Notes: generated from the letters alone by a model not told the origin. Shown: positions 48,585 to 59,910, counted from the stretch's first letter. The stretch is DNA of 64,000 nucleotides from an uncultured Methanosarcinaceae archaeon (GCA_963733675.1 CAVTET010000001.1:480001-544000), one strand, 5' to 3'. Numbers and translations are program-made.

Positions 48585-48995
48585 TTATTATCTGTCCATA
48601 TCAAAGCAGCAGCTGAGATGAATTGGGATGCGCTCCTTGCCATGATGCACCTACACAAGAATAAAATTAGTTTAAATATTATGTAGATGTTGTAAAATAT
48701 ACATAAAGAATCGGCATCGAACTTGGTACAGCTATAATCAAACCAAAATACATAGTAAGCCTCTAAAAGTTTAAAGAAGTGTTTGCTGTATGCCCGGTAT
48801 CTGTGATCATTGCAGGTGAGCCAAATGAGAATCTGAAAATAAGTTGTTGGACCTGATTGAATTATCTTCCAAATACTGTAGGCAAGATGTCGCAACACGA
48901 AGAATTTTCCCCATGCAAAAGACTGTATAGATTTGGTTAAAAGAATTCCAAAAATCGTTTATGAGTTTTTGAGCATAGAAAAATTGATGAGGATA
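48585..48995 (+). pseudogene. DhnA/class I aldolase family (AroA'-like) relic, 3' half
   Basis: Frames read SVHI..., LLAMM, VDVVKYT*RIGIELGTAIIK and CPVSVIIAGEP, matching the family pattern VSVH / PLLAMM / AARIGAELGADIIKT / CPVPVVIAGG. Confidence 0.6.
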
Positions 48996-49390
48996 GCTAA
49001 GTAAATCGAAGAATAAAAAAATTTATTCAGTGTTAAAAATGGAATCCAAAATCGGGCAGAAATAGAAAATCAGAAAGAGGAAATGTAGTAAAATTTTTGC
49101 AGTGGAAATTGAGGGGTGTTATTTTTTTAGAAGCAAATATTTCTCAGAAAGATAAAGAATAGGAACAAGTGGAATTATTTTCACTGAGTTCCCTCAGGAA
49201 TCACACTTTGATATTCAACAATAATTAGTATATATAAATTAATTTCTATCTAGATAGCTTCTGTTCATCTTTTTATCAAAATAATTGATAATAGGCTTGA
49301 TAATTGATACAAAGTAGTTTTTATGAATCACTCGTCAGAATATGCAAAAATTTAATTATAGATAAGTTTGAATATACTAAGAGAGTAAAT

Positions 49391-50563
49391 ATGAGGAAAG
49401 AGCAGTATATGTTTCCTGTGGAGGACTTTATTTCAAAAGATGACTTCAACAAAATCAAAAAGTTTTCCCGGGATAAAGAGACACCTTTTTTGGTCATTAA
49501 TCTACGGAAGATAGAGCAAAGTTATGAAGATCTAGTGGAAAGCATGCCCTTTGCGAAGATTCACTATGCTGTAAAAGCAAACCCTATGGATGAAGTAGTG
49601 CTTACCCTGAAAAACAAAGGCTCTAATTTTGATGTGGCAACTGTTTATGAACTTGATCAGGTGCTCAGGCTTGGGGTGGAACCTGAAAGGATCAGTTACG
49701 GCAATACTATCAAGAAAGAATAGCATATAGCCTATGCGTATGAAAAGGGAGTGAAGCTTTTTGTTACTGATTCTGAGAGTGACTTGAAAAAATTAGCTAG
49801 AAAAGCCCCTGGTTCCAAGATCTTTTTCAGGATCCTTACTGAGGGCGACGGTGCAGACTGGCCTCTTTCTAAAAAATTTGGCTCGCATCCAGACCTTATA
49901 TATCAGCTGATCTTAAATGCCAAAAAATTGGGGCTTGATCCTTATGGGCTTTCTTTCCATGTTGGCTCTCAACAGAGAGACATTGGTCAATGGGATAATG
50001 CTATTTCCAAATGCAAGTATCTCTTTGAAGCAGTAGCTGAAAAAGGGATTCATCTGAGAATGATTAACCTTGGTGGTGGTTTTCCTGCAAAATATAAGGC
50101 ACAGGCTAATGACTTAGAAACCTATGCCAAGGAAATCCGCCGTTTTTTACATGTGGACTTTGGAGAACAACTGCCTGAAATCCTTATCGAACCAGGGCGC
50201 TCTCTTGTTGCCAACGCCGGTATAATTGTAAGCGAAGTTATAATGGTCGCCAAAAAGGCACGATTCAATCAGTACAAATGGGTTTATATAGATATTGGAA
50301 AGTTTGGAGGTCTCATCGAGACTCTTGATGAGAGTATTAAATATCCTATATATTGCAATAAAAATGGTTATGCTGAGGAAGCGATCCTTGCAGGTCCGAC
50401 CTGTGACAGCATGGATATTCTATATGAGCATCATAAATATTCTTTCCCACACACAATGAGGGAAGGAGATCGTGTATATATCTTTACAACTGGTGCATAT
50501 ACTCAAAGCTACTGTTCTGTGAGTTTTAATGGTTTTCCTCCGCTCAGATCTTATCTTATTTGA
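49391..50563 (+). CDS. Fold-type III PLP-dependent Orn/Lys decarboxylase with in-frame TAG at codon 111
   Basis: HYAVKAN, FDVAT, SYGNTIKK, SFHVGSQ, NLGGGF, EPGR, GPTCDSMD and GAYT are all in one frame; the only interruption is TAG 49721-49723. Confidence 0.85.
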
Positions 50564-51113
50564 TGGGCTAGTGTAGTTCTTTCCTATTTTTCTCTGTCCT
50601 CTAATAATACTTCAATTTAGTTCCATATCTCGCTTTAAATTTTATATTTTTTCATTCGATTGGATAAGTTCTTCAATGCTTAGTTTTTAAGATGATACGC
50701 ATGAATGTTTCACAAGCAACATCTTAGTACCGTCTTGAGACTGATTTAACAGGATTATTGTTGACTGCCATACCCCTAATTTTATAAATTTATATATACA
50801 TAGACCATTGATTTTTATAATTATATCTTCCCGAGATAGGTAATAAAAAGTCAAGTGATTATTTTCACCGAAATTCTATTCTAAATATATTCTAAGATAT
50901 TTATACTTCAAAGGATATATGGATGCGCGTTCACGGCATATATATTTATATACAAGTGTAGATTTTGGAAAAGTAAAAGTTGATGAAACACAGGTTTATA
51001 GAAAGATATACTTTAGCAATAGATTCTTTGGATGCTGGATCTTAAATTTATTAGTTTACTTTTCAAAAGCAAGCTTATGCAAAGTAAACTAATAAATTTT
51101 CCTCCTATAACGC

Positions 51114-51629
51114 TCATTTTGTGTTCTCGTTCTGATATACACCTGAATATCCTTTTTCTACTTCTTTTTCCAAAGTGTAGAATAGGAGCTGTATAATTCG
51201 AGCATTCCTCTTCACCCTGAAACCTGCATAATTATAGACTACAAGCATTGACTCACTGCGGCCCCTGTATCCCGCATCCCACACTGCTGTTTCAAGAGTA
51301 GCCCCGCAACGAATAAGGCTTGATCGTGGCTTTGCTATTGCAGCTAAATTCATTGGAATATTTAGCACCTCATTGAAAAGTATTTTGTAAATACCTTTTG
51401 GTAGATGAATCCAACCATCGCTGCAGAATTCAATAGTTTTTGCGTCTGGGAGTTTTCTTTCAGTATTATCAAAATCTAAGGCTCCGGGACCTTCCATTGT
51501 TTTTACCTCTTTTAGAGTAAGTTCAAGTCCGTTAGGCTGGATCTGCGTTTCGATATCAATTGCATTTTCAAGCAAAGAAGGATTTGCCTGTATAAGTTTT
51601 CTCAGTTCAGCGCTGGATAGAAGCGTCAT
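51114..51629 (-). CDS. dut: dUTPase (dCTP deaminase/dUTPase family)
   Basis: QIQPNGLELT, PRSSLIRCG, TAVWDAGYRGR, ARIIQL. Confidence 0.9.
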   Translation of the reverse strand: MTLLSSAELRKLIQANPSLLENAIDIETQIQPNGLELTLKEVKTMEGPGALDFDNTERKLPDAKTIEFCSDGWIHLPKGIYKILFNEVLNIPMNLAAIAKPRSSLIRCGATLETAVWDAGYRGRSESMLVVYNYAGFRVKRNARIIQLLFYTLEKEVEKGYSGVYQNENTK

Positions 51630-51749
51630 TAAATCTGTAATTGCAGAGATTCTTTATTACCATTTCGGATTTACTCTTTATTAAAATTTTATTAGTTTTC
51701 AATTTTCTTCTGTCACAGGTACTATTTTAATGTGAATGAAAATTTTGAT

Positions 51750-52240
51750 TTATTTTCCTGGTATTGGAAAAATTGGTGCAGCAACTTTAATTGCTGAAAT
51801 AGATAATTTAAATGAATTTTCTTAAGGAGATAAGCTTGCTTTTTATCTTGGAATATTCCAGGAAAATATATAAACCTCAATATAAATTATACTACGCAGG
51901 ATGATAACAAGGGAAATCAAAGAACACGATGCGGATTCTAATACAGATTGTTCAAGCAGCAGCGAGAAAGAAATATAGCAAGTTAAGATAGTCTTTCAAT
52001 CGTAAGAGGAAATCAATTGGACATGCAAAGGCAATTACTGCACTGATAAGGAAAATTGTCACAATAATAAAGCATATGATTGCAAATTACGAGATATACA
52101 AAGATGAAATATGATAAAAAAGGAGAAATTCAAAACAAGGGGATTGTTGATACTGGGACCTTTTCAGTTAATTAATGCACAAAAATAATTGGTAGAATCA
52201 CCTCAGTTATGATAAAGAGGACTAAGAGAGCACCTGAGGA
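51750..52240 (+). mobile_element. IS110-family transposase remnant (C-terminal part)
   Basis: PGIGKIGAATLIAEI, DKLAFYLGI, IVQAAAR, KAITALIRKIVTII; several stops and frameshifts. Confidence 0.75.
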
Positions 52241-52268
52241 AGATAATCTCATGTACTTTCATGCTAAA

Positions 52269-53267
52269 TTAGAGGTCAACAAAAGGAACAAGATCACAGC
52301 CTGTGCATCTCAAGCACATAGTCATTGCAAGTTCTGGATTGAGTCCATATCTCTTGAGGACTTTAGCTTCAATTTTTGCAAGCTTTAAAAGTCGCTCAGC
52401 AGATGGACGTTCAGTAAAACAGTCTCCAACTCTAAGAGGATGCGGGTTTATTGGTCGCAGGATAGGAATAACTCCCATTTTTGCAAGGCTTTCGATACCT
52501 TCCATGACAGAAATATCATTTTCTCCGAGTCCGATTATAAAGTTGCTAAAAACCTTATTTTTTCCAAAAACCTCCACAGCTTCTTTGAGGTTGTCCAAGA
52601 TATCATAAAATGTAAGATCCCCACAAACTGTTTTAAAAATCTCACTATTCATCGTCTCAACATTGTACTTGACTTCGGAAACACCTGCTTCATAGAATTT
52701 TCTGGAGCAGCCTTTTATAGGGTACACAGAAACCCCGATAGGAACATTATATTTTTTGAGTGCAGGAAGCAGTTTGAGTACACGATCTACTTCTCCTTCA
52801 ACCGAAGTTTCAACTCCTGAGGTAAGTGATATAGCTTTTAGATTTCTTGTGTTAAAAACCTCATTCACTATGCTCAATACCTCGTCCTCACTCTTAACAT
52901 GCCCCTGTAACTTTGGTACAGGGCAGTATTTACAGTCAAATATACACTTTTCGCAGAGGGTTATGAATGCTTGTTCAGGACAGTGAGAAGGAGCAAACTC
53001 AAGTTTTCCTCGAGCAAGTTCTTTTCCTTCATAGAAAATTGCGACATTTTCATCATCTCCTACTTTTTGGATGGAAAGCGGGGAATTATTTTCTATGCTC
53101 AGTCTTACCCTTTTATATCCTGACTTAAAAAAAATTGAACTGGTTCCTGCCCCTGGACCCGCAGTGGAGCCTCTAGCTCTTGGAATGAGAGATAATTCTA
53201 TGGAAACTGCGCCTATAGAAATGAGGAAAGCTTTCAATTTCGGCGTAATTGGCTTGCTTTTCATCAA
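52269..53267 (-). CDS. Radical SAM protein (biotin synthase-related, uncharacterised)
   Basis: CEKCIFDCKYC; STAGPGAG; C-terminal CLRCTGCD. Confidence 0.85.
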   Translation of the reverse strand: MMKSKPITPKLKAFLISIGAVSIELSLIPRARGSTAGPGAGTSSIFFKSGYKRVRLSIENNSPLSIQKVGDDENVAIFYEGKELARGKLEFAPSHCPEQAFITLCEKCIFDCKYCPVPKLQGHVKSEDEVLSIVNEVFNTRNLKAISLTSGVETSVEGEVDRVLKLLPALKKYNVPIGVSVYPIKGCSRKFYEAGVSEVKYNVETMNSEIFKTVCGDLTFYDILDNLKEAVEVFGKNKVFSNFIIGLGENDISVMEGIESLAKMGVIPILRPINPHPLRVGDCFTERPSAERLLKLAKIEAKVLKRYGLNPELAMTMCLRCTGCDLVPFVDL

Positions 53268-53741
53268 ATATCCGTCTAAATTATTGTTTTTCTTTAGTTA
53301 TATCCTACTACGATATTCACTGAGAAGTCTATACATAATATTGGATATATAAATTCAATTGTCGGGTTCTAAATTCGAAAAAAAGAAAACTTTCTTTAGC
53401 CATAAATTTGACCTTTTATATCTGAAAAAAGCTATTGATCTACTTAATAAAGAAAAAAGCATATATAAGATTATTTCGATCAGTCTCTGATTTTCAATGG
53501 TCATTCTGCACCATTTATAAGCATATGACGAAATTTAGGGGTTATCGAAATCCAAACAAGAAAAAAACAATTAAAAACCTAAAGTAACTATTCAACCTAG
53601 GGAATAAATAAGGCATAGCTGAATTATTTTCCAGAACACAATTTGGTAAATTTGATTGAATAATCCTCAAACTATGCTTAATAAAAAAAAGAAGGCAAAG
53701 ATGAAGCCTGAAATTTCGCGTTTCTACCCTACTATGTAAAT

Positions 53742-54776
53742 TTATAGAGGTTTCCTTTTAAGCTTCTTCTTTGCAAGCTTTTCGATTGCCCCAATGTCGA
53801 CTTCACCGCCTACGATCAACTTCTTGTTGGCAACCGCGCTGTCAAGGAGATGCTGGCCTACAAGAGTACGGACGATAATGGTTGTATAACCCTCTGGACT
53901 CCCAACAGATCCGGCTGAAATGTCAGCTTTGAGGGCAGTAAAGTCTGTGCAGACACTACATCCGAGGCGGACGGTGTCTTGGAGATCGGCAAGGGGAATT
54001 ACATACTGAGTCCCATCATTACAAGTGATTTCAAGTTTACCCTTTACATCAATACGGCAAACTTTCATAGGCTCTAGAGCATACTCGCTTTTCAGCTTGC
54101 CTACAACTAGTTTATCGTAGTCGAAACTTTCAGTGCAGAAAAGCCCAAGCACAAAACGAATAGATTTTTTATAGGGGCCTACAAGCTGGTTGTCGGTTTC
54201 AAGCATCTTACGAACTGCTTGGACTACGCAGGGAACTCCGACAACTGCAATATTTCTATATTTCTTCTTTACGACAGCTTCCTTGAGGGAAGAGATCAGC
54301 GGGACCCACCAGTTGTAACGGCTGCCAGCCTTGGCAATAAGAGCTTCACTTCTGGTGATTATCATCGAGTGAGGCTTGAGAGTCCATAGGTCTTCAGTAA
54401 CCGTAACCACAGCATCTAAAAGGCCTATATCCAGAGCATTTGCAAGAAGGGCCGTAACAGCACCTCCACTCTGCTTTTTAGGGATATCAAATTCGGCTTT
54501 TCCGGCAGTAATTTCCAGATAGTCCCCAAGAAGACCTGACTGCTGTTCATCGACTCTTGGGCAGACTTCATAGCAGGCTCCACAGGGTACATCATCAACA
54601 GCAGATTTACAGTAGTTGTTGCTCTGTGGATGGAGGGAGTTGACCCCAATTTCGAAGTACAAGGCATCAGCAGGGCAGACTGCAATACAGGCTCCGCAGC
54701 CTGAGCAAATGCCTTCATCCCATACTCTTGATTTAAGGTCAAGGTAATTCTTACTGATTGGTTTCTGTTCTACCAT
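53742..54776 (-). CDS. FrhB/FdhB-family F420-binding subunit in the glutamate synthase operon
   Basis: CSGCGACIAVCP, QSGGAVT, VGVPC, GLFCTESF, CSVCTDF..DISAGSVG. Confidence 0.9.
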   Translation of the reverse strand: MVEQKPISKNYLDLKSRVWDEGICSGCGACIAVCPADALYFEIGVNSLHPQSNNYCKSAVDDVPCGACYEVCPRVDEQQSGLLGDYLEITAGKAEFDIPKKQSGGAVTALLANALDIGLLDAVVTVTEDLWTLKPHSMIITRSEALIAKAGSRYNWWVPLISSLKEAVVKKKYRNIAVVGVPCVVQAVRKMLETDNQLVGPYKKSIRFVLGLFCTESFDYDKLVVGKLKSEYALEPMKVCRIDVKGKLEITCNDGTQYVIPLADLQDTVRLGCSVCTDFTALKADISAGSVGSPEGYTTIIVRTLVGQHLLDSAVANKKLIVGGEVDIGAIEKLAKKKLKRKPL

Positions 54777-54782
54777 TTATGA

Positions 54783-55535
54783 TCACTCCCAAACGTATTT
54801 GTTTGCAAAAGGACGGCTGCTTGAAGGTGCGATTCTCGTGTAGTTAGTGTCCAGAAACTCTGCGGGGTCAAGCTTGAAGTGTTCGCAGAAACTCTTAATC
54901 ACTGGAGCAATGCGTTCGAGGTCGCTCTCATTAAAATTAAATTTCTTGGCACCTACGCCAAGAAGATAGTCGTCCACTTCTCCGCGGATAATGATCTCTC
55001 CACCGTGTATTCCACTTCCTATACCCCTGTCGGTAATGGATTTTTCCTTGCCTATACCCAGCACAAGCACCAGGCCTCCTGCCATATATTCTCCAAGAAA
55101 AGAGTGAGCTGTGCCACCCACGACAAGTATAGGCCTGTTTTCCTCTTTATACTGTTTCATGTGGATGCCTCCCCGATATCCAATATTATCTCTTATGAAA
55201 ACTTTTCCTCCCCGCATACTATGGGCCACTGCGTCTCCTGCACTCCCATGGATTACAAGCATACCGCTATCCATCGTATTTCCTGGAGCATGCTCAGCGT
55301 TCCCCTTTATAATACAAATCGGCCCGCTCATGAACATCCCTAAGTCTCCTCCTGGGACTCCGTTTATTATGATCAGAACATTACTCTTTAAGCCAGTTCC
55401 AATAAAACGTTGTCCTAGAACATTGTCAAGGATAATTTCTCCTACACCGTCAGCAATTGCAGCCCTTATTTTTTGGTTGAGGGGCGTGTAATGCATTCCC
55501 TTTGCATCGATTCTTATCGTCTTCATTTCAATCAT
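54783..55535 (-). CDS. Glutamate synthase domain 3 (GXGXG beta-helix)
   Basis: GQRFIGTG, GDLGMFMSG, FLGEYMAGG. Confidence 0.9.
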   Translation of the reverse strand: MIEMKTIRIDAKGMHYTPLNQKIRAAIADGVGEIILDNVLGQRFIGTGLKSNVLIIINGVPGGDLGMFMSGPICIIKGNAEHAPGNTMDSGMLVIHGSAGDAVAHSMRGGKVFIRDNIGYRGGIHMKQYKEENRPILVVGGTAHSFLGEYMAGGLVLVLGIGKEKSITDRGIGSGIHGGEIIIRGEVDDYLLGVGAKKFNFNESDLERIAPVIKSFCEHFKLDPAEFLDTNYTRIAPSSSRPFANKYVWE

Positions 55536-57043
55536 GCCCCCGCAGGAAGTACATCCAATACTTTAAGCATTGCTTCATCCAACATGTATCCACGCAGACG
55601 GTCCCTGTTACCACGCAGACTTTCTATACTATTGATTCCTGCAGCTCCCATAAGCTCGCTAAGTTCCAGAGTCCACCCTTTGATCAAATTTGCAACCTGA
55701 ACTGCTCCCCTCTCTGGGTCAATCCTATTCATTAAGTCCGGTTGCTGGGTAGCAATTCCCCAGGGACAAAGGTTTCTGTAGCAGTTACCACATACTCTGC
55801 AGCCCAGAGAAATAAGGGCAGCAGTCCCGATATAAACAGCATCAGCACCAAGTGCAATTGACTTGGCAAGATCAGCGCTGCTCCTTATTCCACCACTTCC
55901 AATAACCGAAATCTCGTTTCTGACGCCTTGGTCCCTAAGTTTTTGGTCAACGCTTGCAATTGCAACCTCAATGGGAATTCCTACATTGTCTCTGAAGACT
56001 TTCGGAGCTGCTCCGGTACCACCACGGAATCCATCAATTACCACTGCGTCTGCGGAAGAACGAGCAATACCTGCAGCAATAGACGCCACGTTATGCACAG
56101 CTGCAATCTTTACGAAGACAGGTTTTTTCCATTCGGTTGCTTCTTTCAGGCCTCTTATAAGTTGAACGAGGTCTTCGATACTGTAAATATCATGATGTGG
56201 AGCTGGGCTGATCGCATCACTGCCAAAAGGAATCATACGAGTTCTTGATACTTCATCGTTAACTTTTTCTCCAGGGAGATGTCCTCCGATACCCGGCTTT
56301 GCTCCCTGTCCGATCTTGATCTCAATAGCAGCACCTCTTTCAAGGTAATCAATGTTCACACCGAAACGACCTGAAGCAACCTGAACGATCAGACGATCCT
56401 GGTATGGATAGAGAGCTTTGTGAAGCCCACCTTCCCCGGTCCCCATGTAAGTTCCAGTCTCTGTTACTGCCTTTGCCATGCTGAGATGGGAGTTCAGGCT
56501 GATAGCTCCAAAACTCATGTGGCCAATCATAATTGGTGTGTCTAACTTGAGATTTGGAGCAATTTTTGTTTCCAGTTCTACATCCCCAATCTCGGTTTTT
56601 CTTAATTTGAGTTTTGATGGTTTTTTTCCGATATAGGTCCTGAGTTCCATTGGTTCTCTCAGGGGATCAATGCTTGGATTTGTGACTTGACAGGCATCAA
56701 GGAGAAGGCGATCATAGATAATTGGTAGATCTCTGGCGTTTCCCATTCCTGAAAGGATGATCTTACCACTACGAGCCTGGTTTATTATGTCTTCCCTTAC
56801 CTCTCTTGTCCAGACAGGGTGACTTCGATAATCCACTGGTTTTTCCGTAATGGTTATCGCATCCCTCGGGCACATAGCAACGCAACGGAGACAAGCCGTA
56901 CATTTCCTGGATTGTATCAGAATTTTGTCGCCTTCTCTATGGTATACTTCATAGGAGCAGTTTTCAATGCAGCGCCCACAGTCCATGCACTGGTCTCGGT
57001 CAATTCCGACCTTAAATTTAGGTGGTACACTTCCAAGAGTCAT
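55532..57043 (-). CDS. Glutamate synthase domain 2 (FMN-binding, with N-terminal 2x[4Fe-4S])
   Basis: MSFGAIS, TGEGG, QVASGRFGV, EIKIGQGAKPGIGGHLPG, SPAPHHDIYSIEDL. Confidence 0.95.
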   Translation of the reverse strand: MTLGSVPPKFKVGIDRDQCMDCGRCIENCSYEVYHREGDKILIQSRKCTACLRCVAMCPRDAITITEKPVDYRSHPVWTREVREDIINQARSGKIILSGMGNARDLPIIYDRLLLDACQVTNPSIDPLREPMELRTYIGKKPSKLKLRKTEIGDVELETKIAPNLKLDTPIMIGHMSFGAISLNSHLSMAKAVTETGTYMGTGEGGLHKALYPYQDRLIVQVASGRFGVNIDYLERGAAIEIKIGQGAKPGIGGHLPGEKVNDEVSRTRMIPFGSDAISPAPHHDIYSIEDLVQLIRGLKEATEWKKPVFVKIAAVHNVASIAAGIARSSADAVVIDGFRGGTGAAPKVFRDNVGIPIEVAIASVDQKLRDQGVRNEISVIGSGGIRSSADLAKSIALGADAVYIGTAALISLGCRVCGNCYRNLCPWGIATQQPDLMNRIDPERGAVQVANLIKGWTLELSELMGAAGINSIESLRGNRDRLRGYMLDEAMLKVLDVLPAGA

Positions 57044-58089
57044 TCGATAAACCTCCCTATTATGGGTTCTCCTGCCCTTGGAGTGTAAACATTTTTAACT
57101 TCTGGATCAAGGCCCCTTATTGCAGCTTCTTCACTGGAGATGTATAGTCTGTTCCCATTTTCACCAACAACTAGGGGGCGTAGTTTGATTCTATCAGTAA
57201 AGCCAACAATACCGTCATCAGTTCCGACTACGATTGCAAAGGGTCCATTCATAAGAGCAGACCCATAGGTAAGGCGAATTGCCTTGTTTAGTTCGGCCTC
57301 CCTTGCAGGCATATGGTCTATGTCATCCCAGAATGGTGGAGCAAGAGCTCGAACAACCATCTCATATGGGAGCTCATGCTGCCTTCCAAGTAGGTCGAAT
57401 AGGTAGGCTACAACCTCGGTGTCAGTAAACAGAGTACATTTGTATCCAAAGCCTTCGACGTAGCGCTGGTTTGTACCATATGATGTGATTTCCCCATTAT
57501 GTACTACTGACCAATTAAGTAGGTTGAATGGATGGGCTCCTCCCCACCAGCCAGGCGAGTTGGTAGGATAACGGTTATGTGCCAGCCAGACATACCCCTT
57601 ATAATTTTCTATTCTATAGAAGTTTGCTACATCCTCTGGCCAGCCTGAAGCCTTGAAGACTCCCATATTTTTTCCTGAGGAAAAGATTGTGGCTCCTATT
57701 ATATTGGCGTTTACCTGCATGACTATGTAAGTAACAACGTCTTTTTCGGAAGCCAATTTTTCGTTGAGATCTTCTGAGGGTTTGAAAAAGTATCTCCAGG
57801 GAATATGGACTTTCCTTATACCTATCTGCGGGGTGTTCGGGATCTCTTCCTGGTGAACGATTTCTCCCCATTGCTGGAGAAGTTCATCAACTTTCTTTTT
57901 TGGTTCAGCTAGGTTGTCAAAGAAAACATGAAGGGCATAATAGTTTGCATACTCTGGATAAATTCCGTATGCTGCATAGCCGGCCCCATCTCCACTGCCT
58001 CTTTCGTTCATGAGGCTGAGGGCGGCTTTTATGCTCGACCCGTCAATTTTGGACTTTGTTCTATCTATAAATCCTATTATTCCACACAT
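57040..58089 (-). CDS. Glutamate synthase domain 1 (class II glutamine amidotransferase)
   Basis: N-terminal MCGI (Ntn Cys), AHNRYPTN, AHPF, VHNGEI, TDTEV. Confidence 0.93.
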   Translation of the reverse strand: MCGIIGFIDRTKSKIDGSSIKAALSLMNERGSGDGAGYAAYGIYPEYANYYALHVFFDNLAEPKKKVDELLQQWGEIVHQEEIPNTPQIGIRKVHIPWRYFFKPSEDLNEKLASEKDVVTYIVMQVNANIIGATIFSSGKNMGVFKASGWPEDVANFYRIENYKGYVWLAHNRYPTNSPGWWGGAHPFNLLNWSVVHNGEITSYGTNQRYVEGFGYKCTLFTDTEVVAYLFDLLGRQHELPYEMVVRALAPPFWDDIDHMPAREAELNKAIRLTYGSALMNGPFAIVVGTDDGIVGFTDRIKLRPLVVGENGNRLYISSEEAAIRGLDPEVKNVYTPRAGEPIIGRFIE

Positions 58090-58519
58090 TTTGATCACTC
58101 TATAAATTAATAAAAGTAAACTCTATCCAAAGTATAATTCTCGGATAATTTTCTTTATCATTTTCTGAATAATTTATGTGGCTCGTTTTTTGAGAAATAG
58201 TCAAAAAACTTGCCAGCTGGATAACTGGGTCTTCAGGGCAATTTTTAGAAATTATCACAATTAAGGAGATTTTAAACTAAATTTATTTGATCTGGATGCA
58301 GGTAGTGTACATGAGTTATTGGAAATCGTTAACTTAAAAAAATCTCTTTACATTTTCCAAAAAATTGGAAATATACTAATTATTCAGATTGGATTAATGA
58401 TTCAAGGGCACTATCAAAGTGCAGTTAATATATGTATTTAGCAGCTCTATTACCTTCGATTTCGCTACATTTATATGGATTGAGAGGGACACCGCTAGGG
58501 GAAGTAAGTAAATTAGTAC

Positions 58520-58880
58520 CTATTTGGCAATATATATATGTTTCTTTTTTTTGGTTAAAGACTCTTGAAGTAATAAAGCAAAGCACTGCGCTTTGATGCA
58601 TTTCTTTTTCTTTTTCCTCCGATAGTTTTTGGAAATTATTATAAATATTTTCGCAAATCCATAAGCTTTAAGAGAAACGACAATTCCATCATGAGGGATT
58701 TCAAATGCTTCGAGCTGCATATTTTTTGTACTATAAGGATTCACCAAAAGACTTGATTTAAATCCCGTTTAAAAATGCCATTTTTTTACTGATAGTTTTG
58801 AGGTTCTTTATGCCTGCACAAAATGTATCTAACATAAATATAAAAGTCGATTTAATTTTCCCAACTGTGCTAGGTTTAAA
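58520..58880 (-). mobile_element. IS701-family-like transposase remnant
   Basis: LVNPYSTKNMQLEAFEIPHDGIVVSLKAYGFAKIF resembles the IS701 pattern NR.VN...V.LKGYG.VK.F; heavily deleted. Confidence 0.5.
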
Positions 58881-59595
58881 TTTACCCACCTTTTGGTACA
58901 ACCCACTTTTCACAGGTTACACAAAAATGCCATCTAATTCCTCAATATGATAGTAGATTAAAAATTAATCTGACTTTCAAAGAATAATAGTGAGCAAATA
59001 GACAAACAAATTATATATCTGTGTACATCTGCTGAATATCGGATGTAAATTTTACCCAATATTTCATGAATTCACTCAAAATTACTGATCAAGATTTACC
59101 GTTTTGATTCTCTGTCTCTTCCTTTACTTTAACATATCATTATTCTCCTTAATATTAATCGTTGTATACAATAAGGGAGTCTCATATCAAGTATACTAGC
59201 TTTCATTACATAGTCATTTAATATATTTCCCCATACTTCCAATGACTTGTTTTAGGTAAATATTGTTTTAATTTTATCAATAACGGCTGAAGATCAGCTG
59301 AAATAGATAGTGAGATTCGTCCTCACTAAATGGTAAATAGTCAATTTCGCCAATTATCAACACCTTGTAAAGTGTCAGGTTTCTGTTCTTCTTTTCAAGC
59401 ACGCTTTTCCGGTGTGCCATTTTCAACTTCTCACTAAGGTTTCCTGAATTTGTACAATAAACAGAAATTCCTACTTTTAATGCTTCAATTTCAAGCTAGA
59501 AATAAGAGTATTTGGATAATTACCAACAGCTTATTTTATTAGTCATCAGGTCTTCAAACTGAATAAAATATCTCAGTTTATAGTATGAAAATCAA

Positions 59596-59615
59596 CTTGG
59601 AAGAAAATTTCCAAG
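59596..59615. promoter_or_regulatory. Palindrome CTTGGAA-N6-TTCCAAG (NrpR-operator-like)
   Basis: Perfect 7-bp arms with a GGAA-N6-TTCC core, between TATA-like TTTATAGT (about 59577) and the SD of the ACT gene. Confidence 0.5.
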
Positions 59616-59631
59616 CAACAGGAGATATACA

Positions 59632-59910
59632 ATGACATCAAGTCGTTTCATTATCACGGTTATAGGCAGCGATCGTGTAGGAATAGTTGCCGGGATCACT
59701 ACAGTGATGGCCAGTTTCAATGTAAACATTGTAGATATCAGTCAGACCATTATGCAGGGCATTTTCACAATGATTATGCTTGCAGAAGCCCCAAAGGAAA
59801 ATTTTGACCTCGCAGCTTTTCAGGAAGCTATGGCTAAAGTGGGAAAGAAAATGGGAGTTGAGGTCAAGGTACAGCATGAAGATGCATTTCGTTTCATGCA
59901 TAGGATCTAA
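59632..59910 (+). CDS. Stand-alone ACT domain protein (UPF0237)
   Basis: ITVIGSDRVGIVA, NIVDISQTI, QHEDAFRFMHRI. Confidence 0.92.
   Translation: MTSSRFIITVIGSDRVGIVAGITTVMASFNVNIVDISQTIMQGIFTMIMLAEAPKENFDLAAFQEAMAKVGKKMGVEVKVQHEDAFRFMHRI

Noticed and set aside
48566-48898. 110-aa minus-strand ORF
   Set aside because: Antisense to the aldolase pseudogene; no recognisable features.
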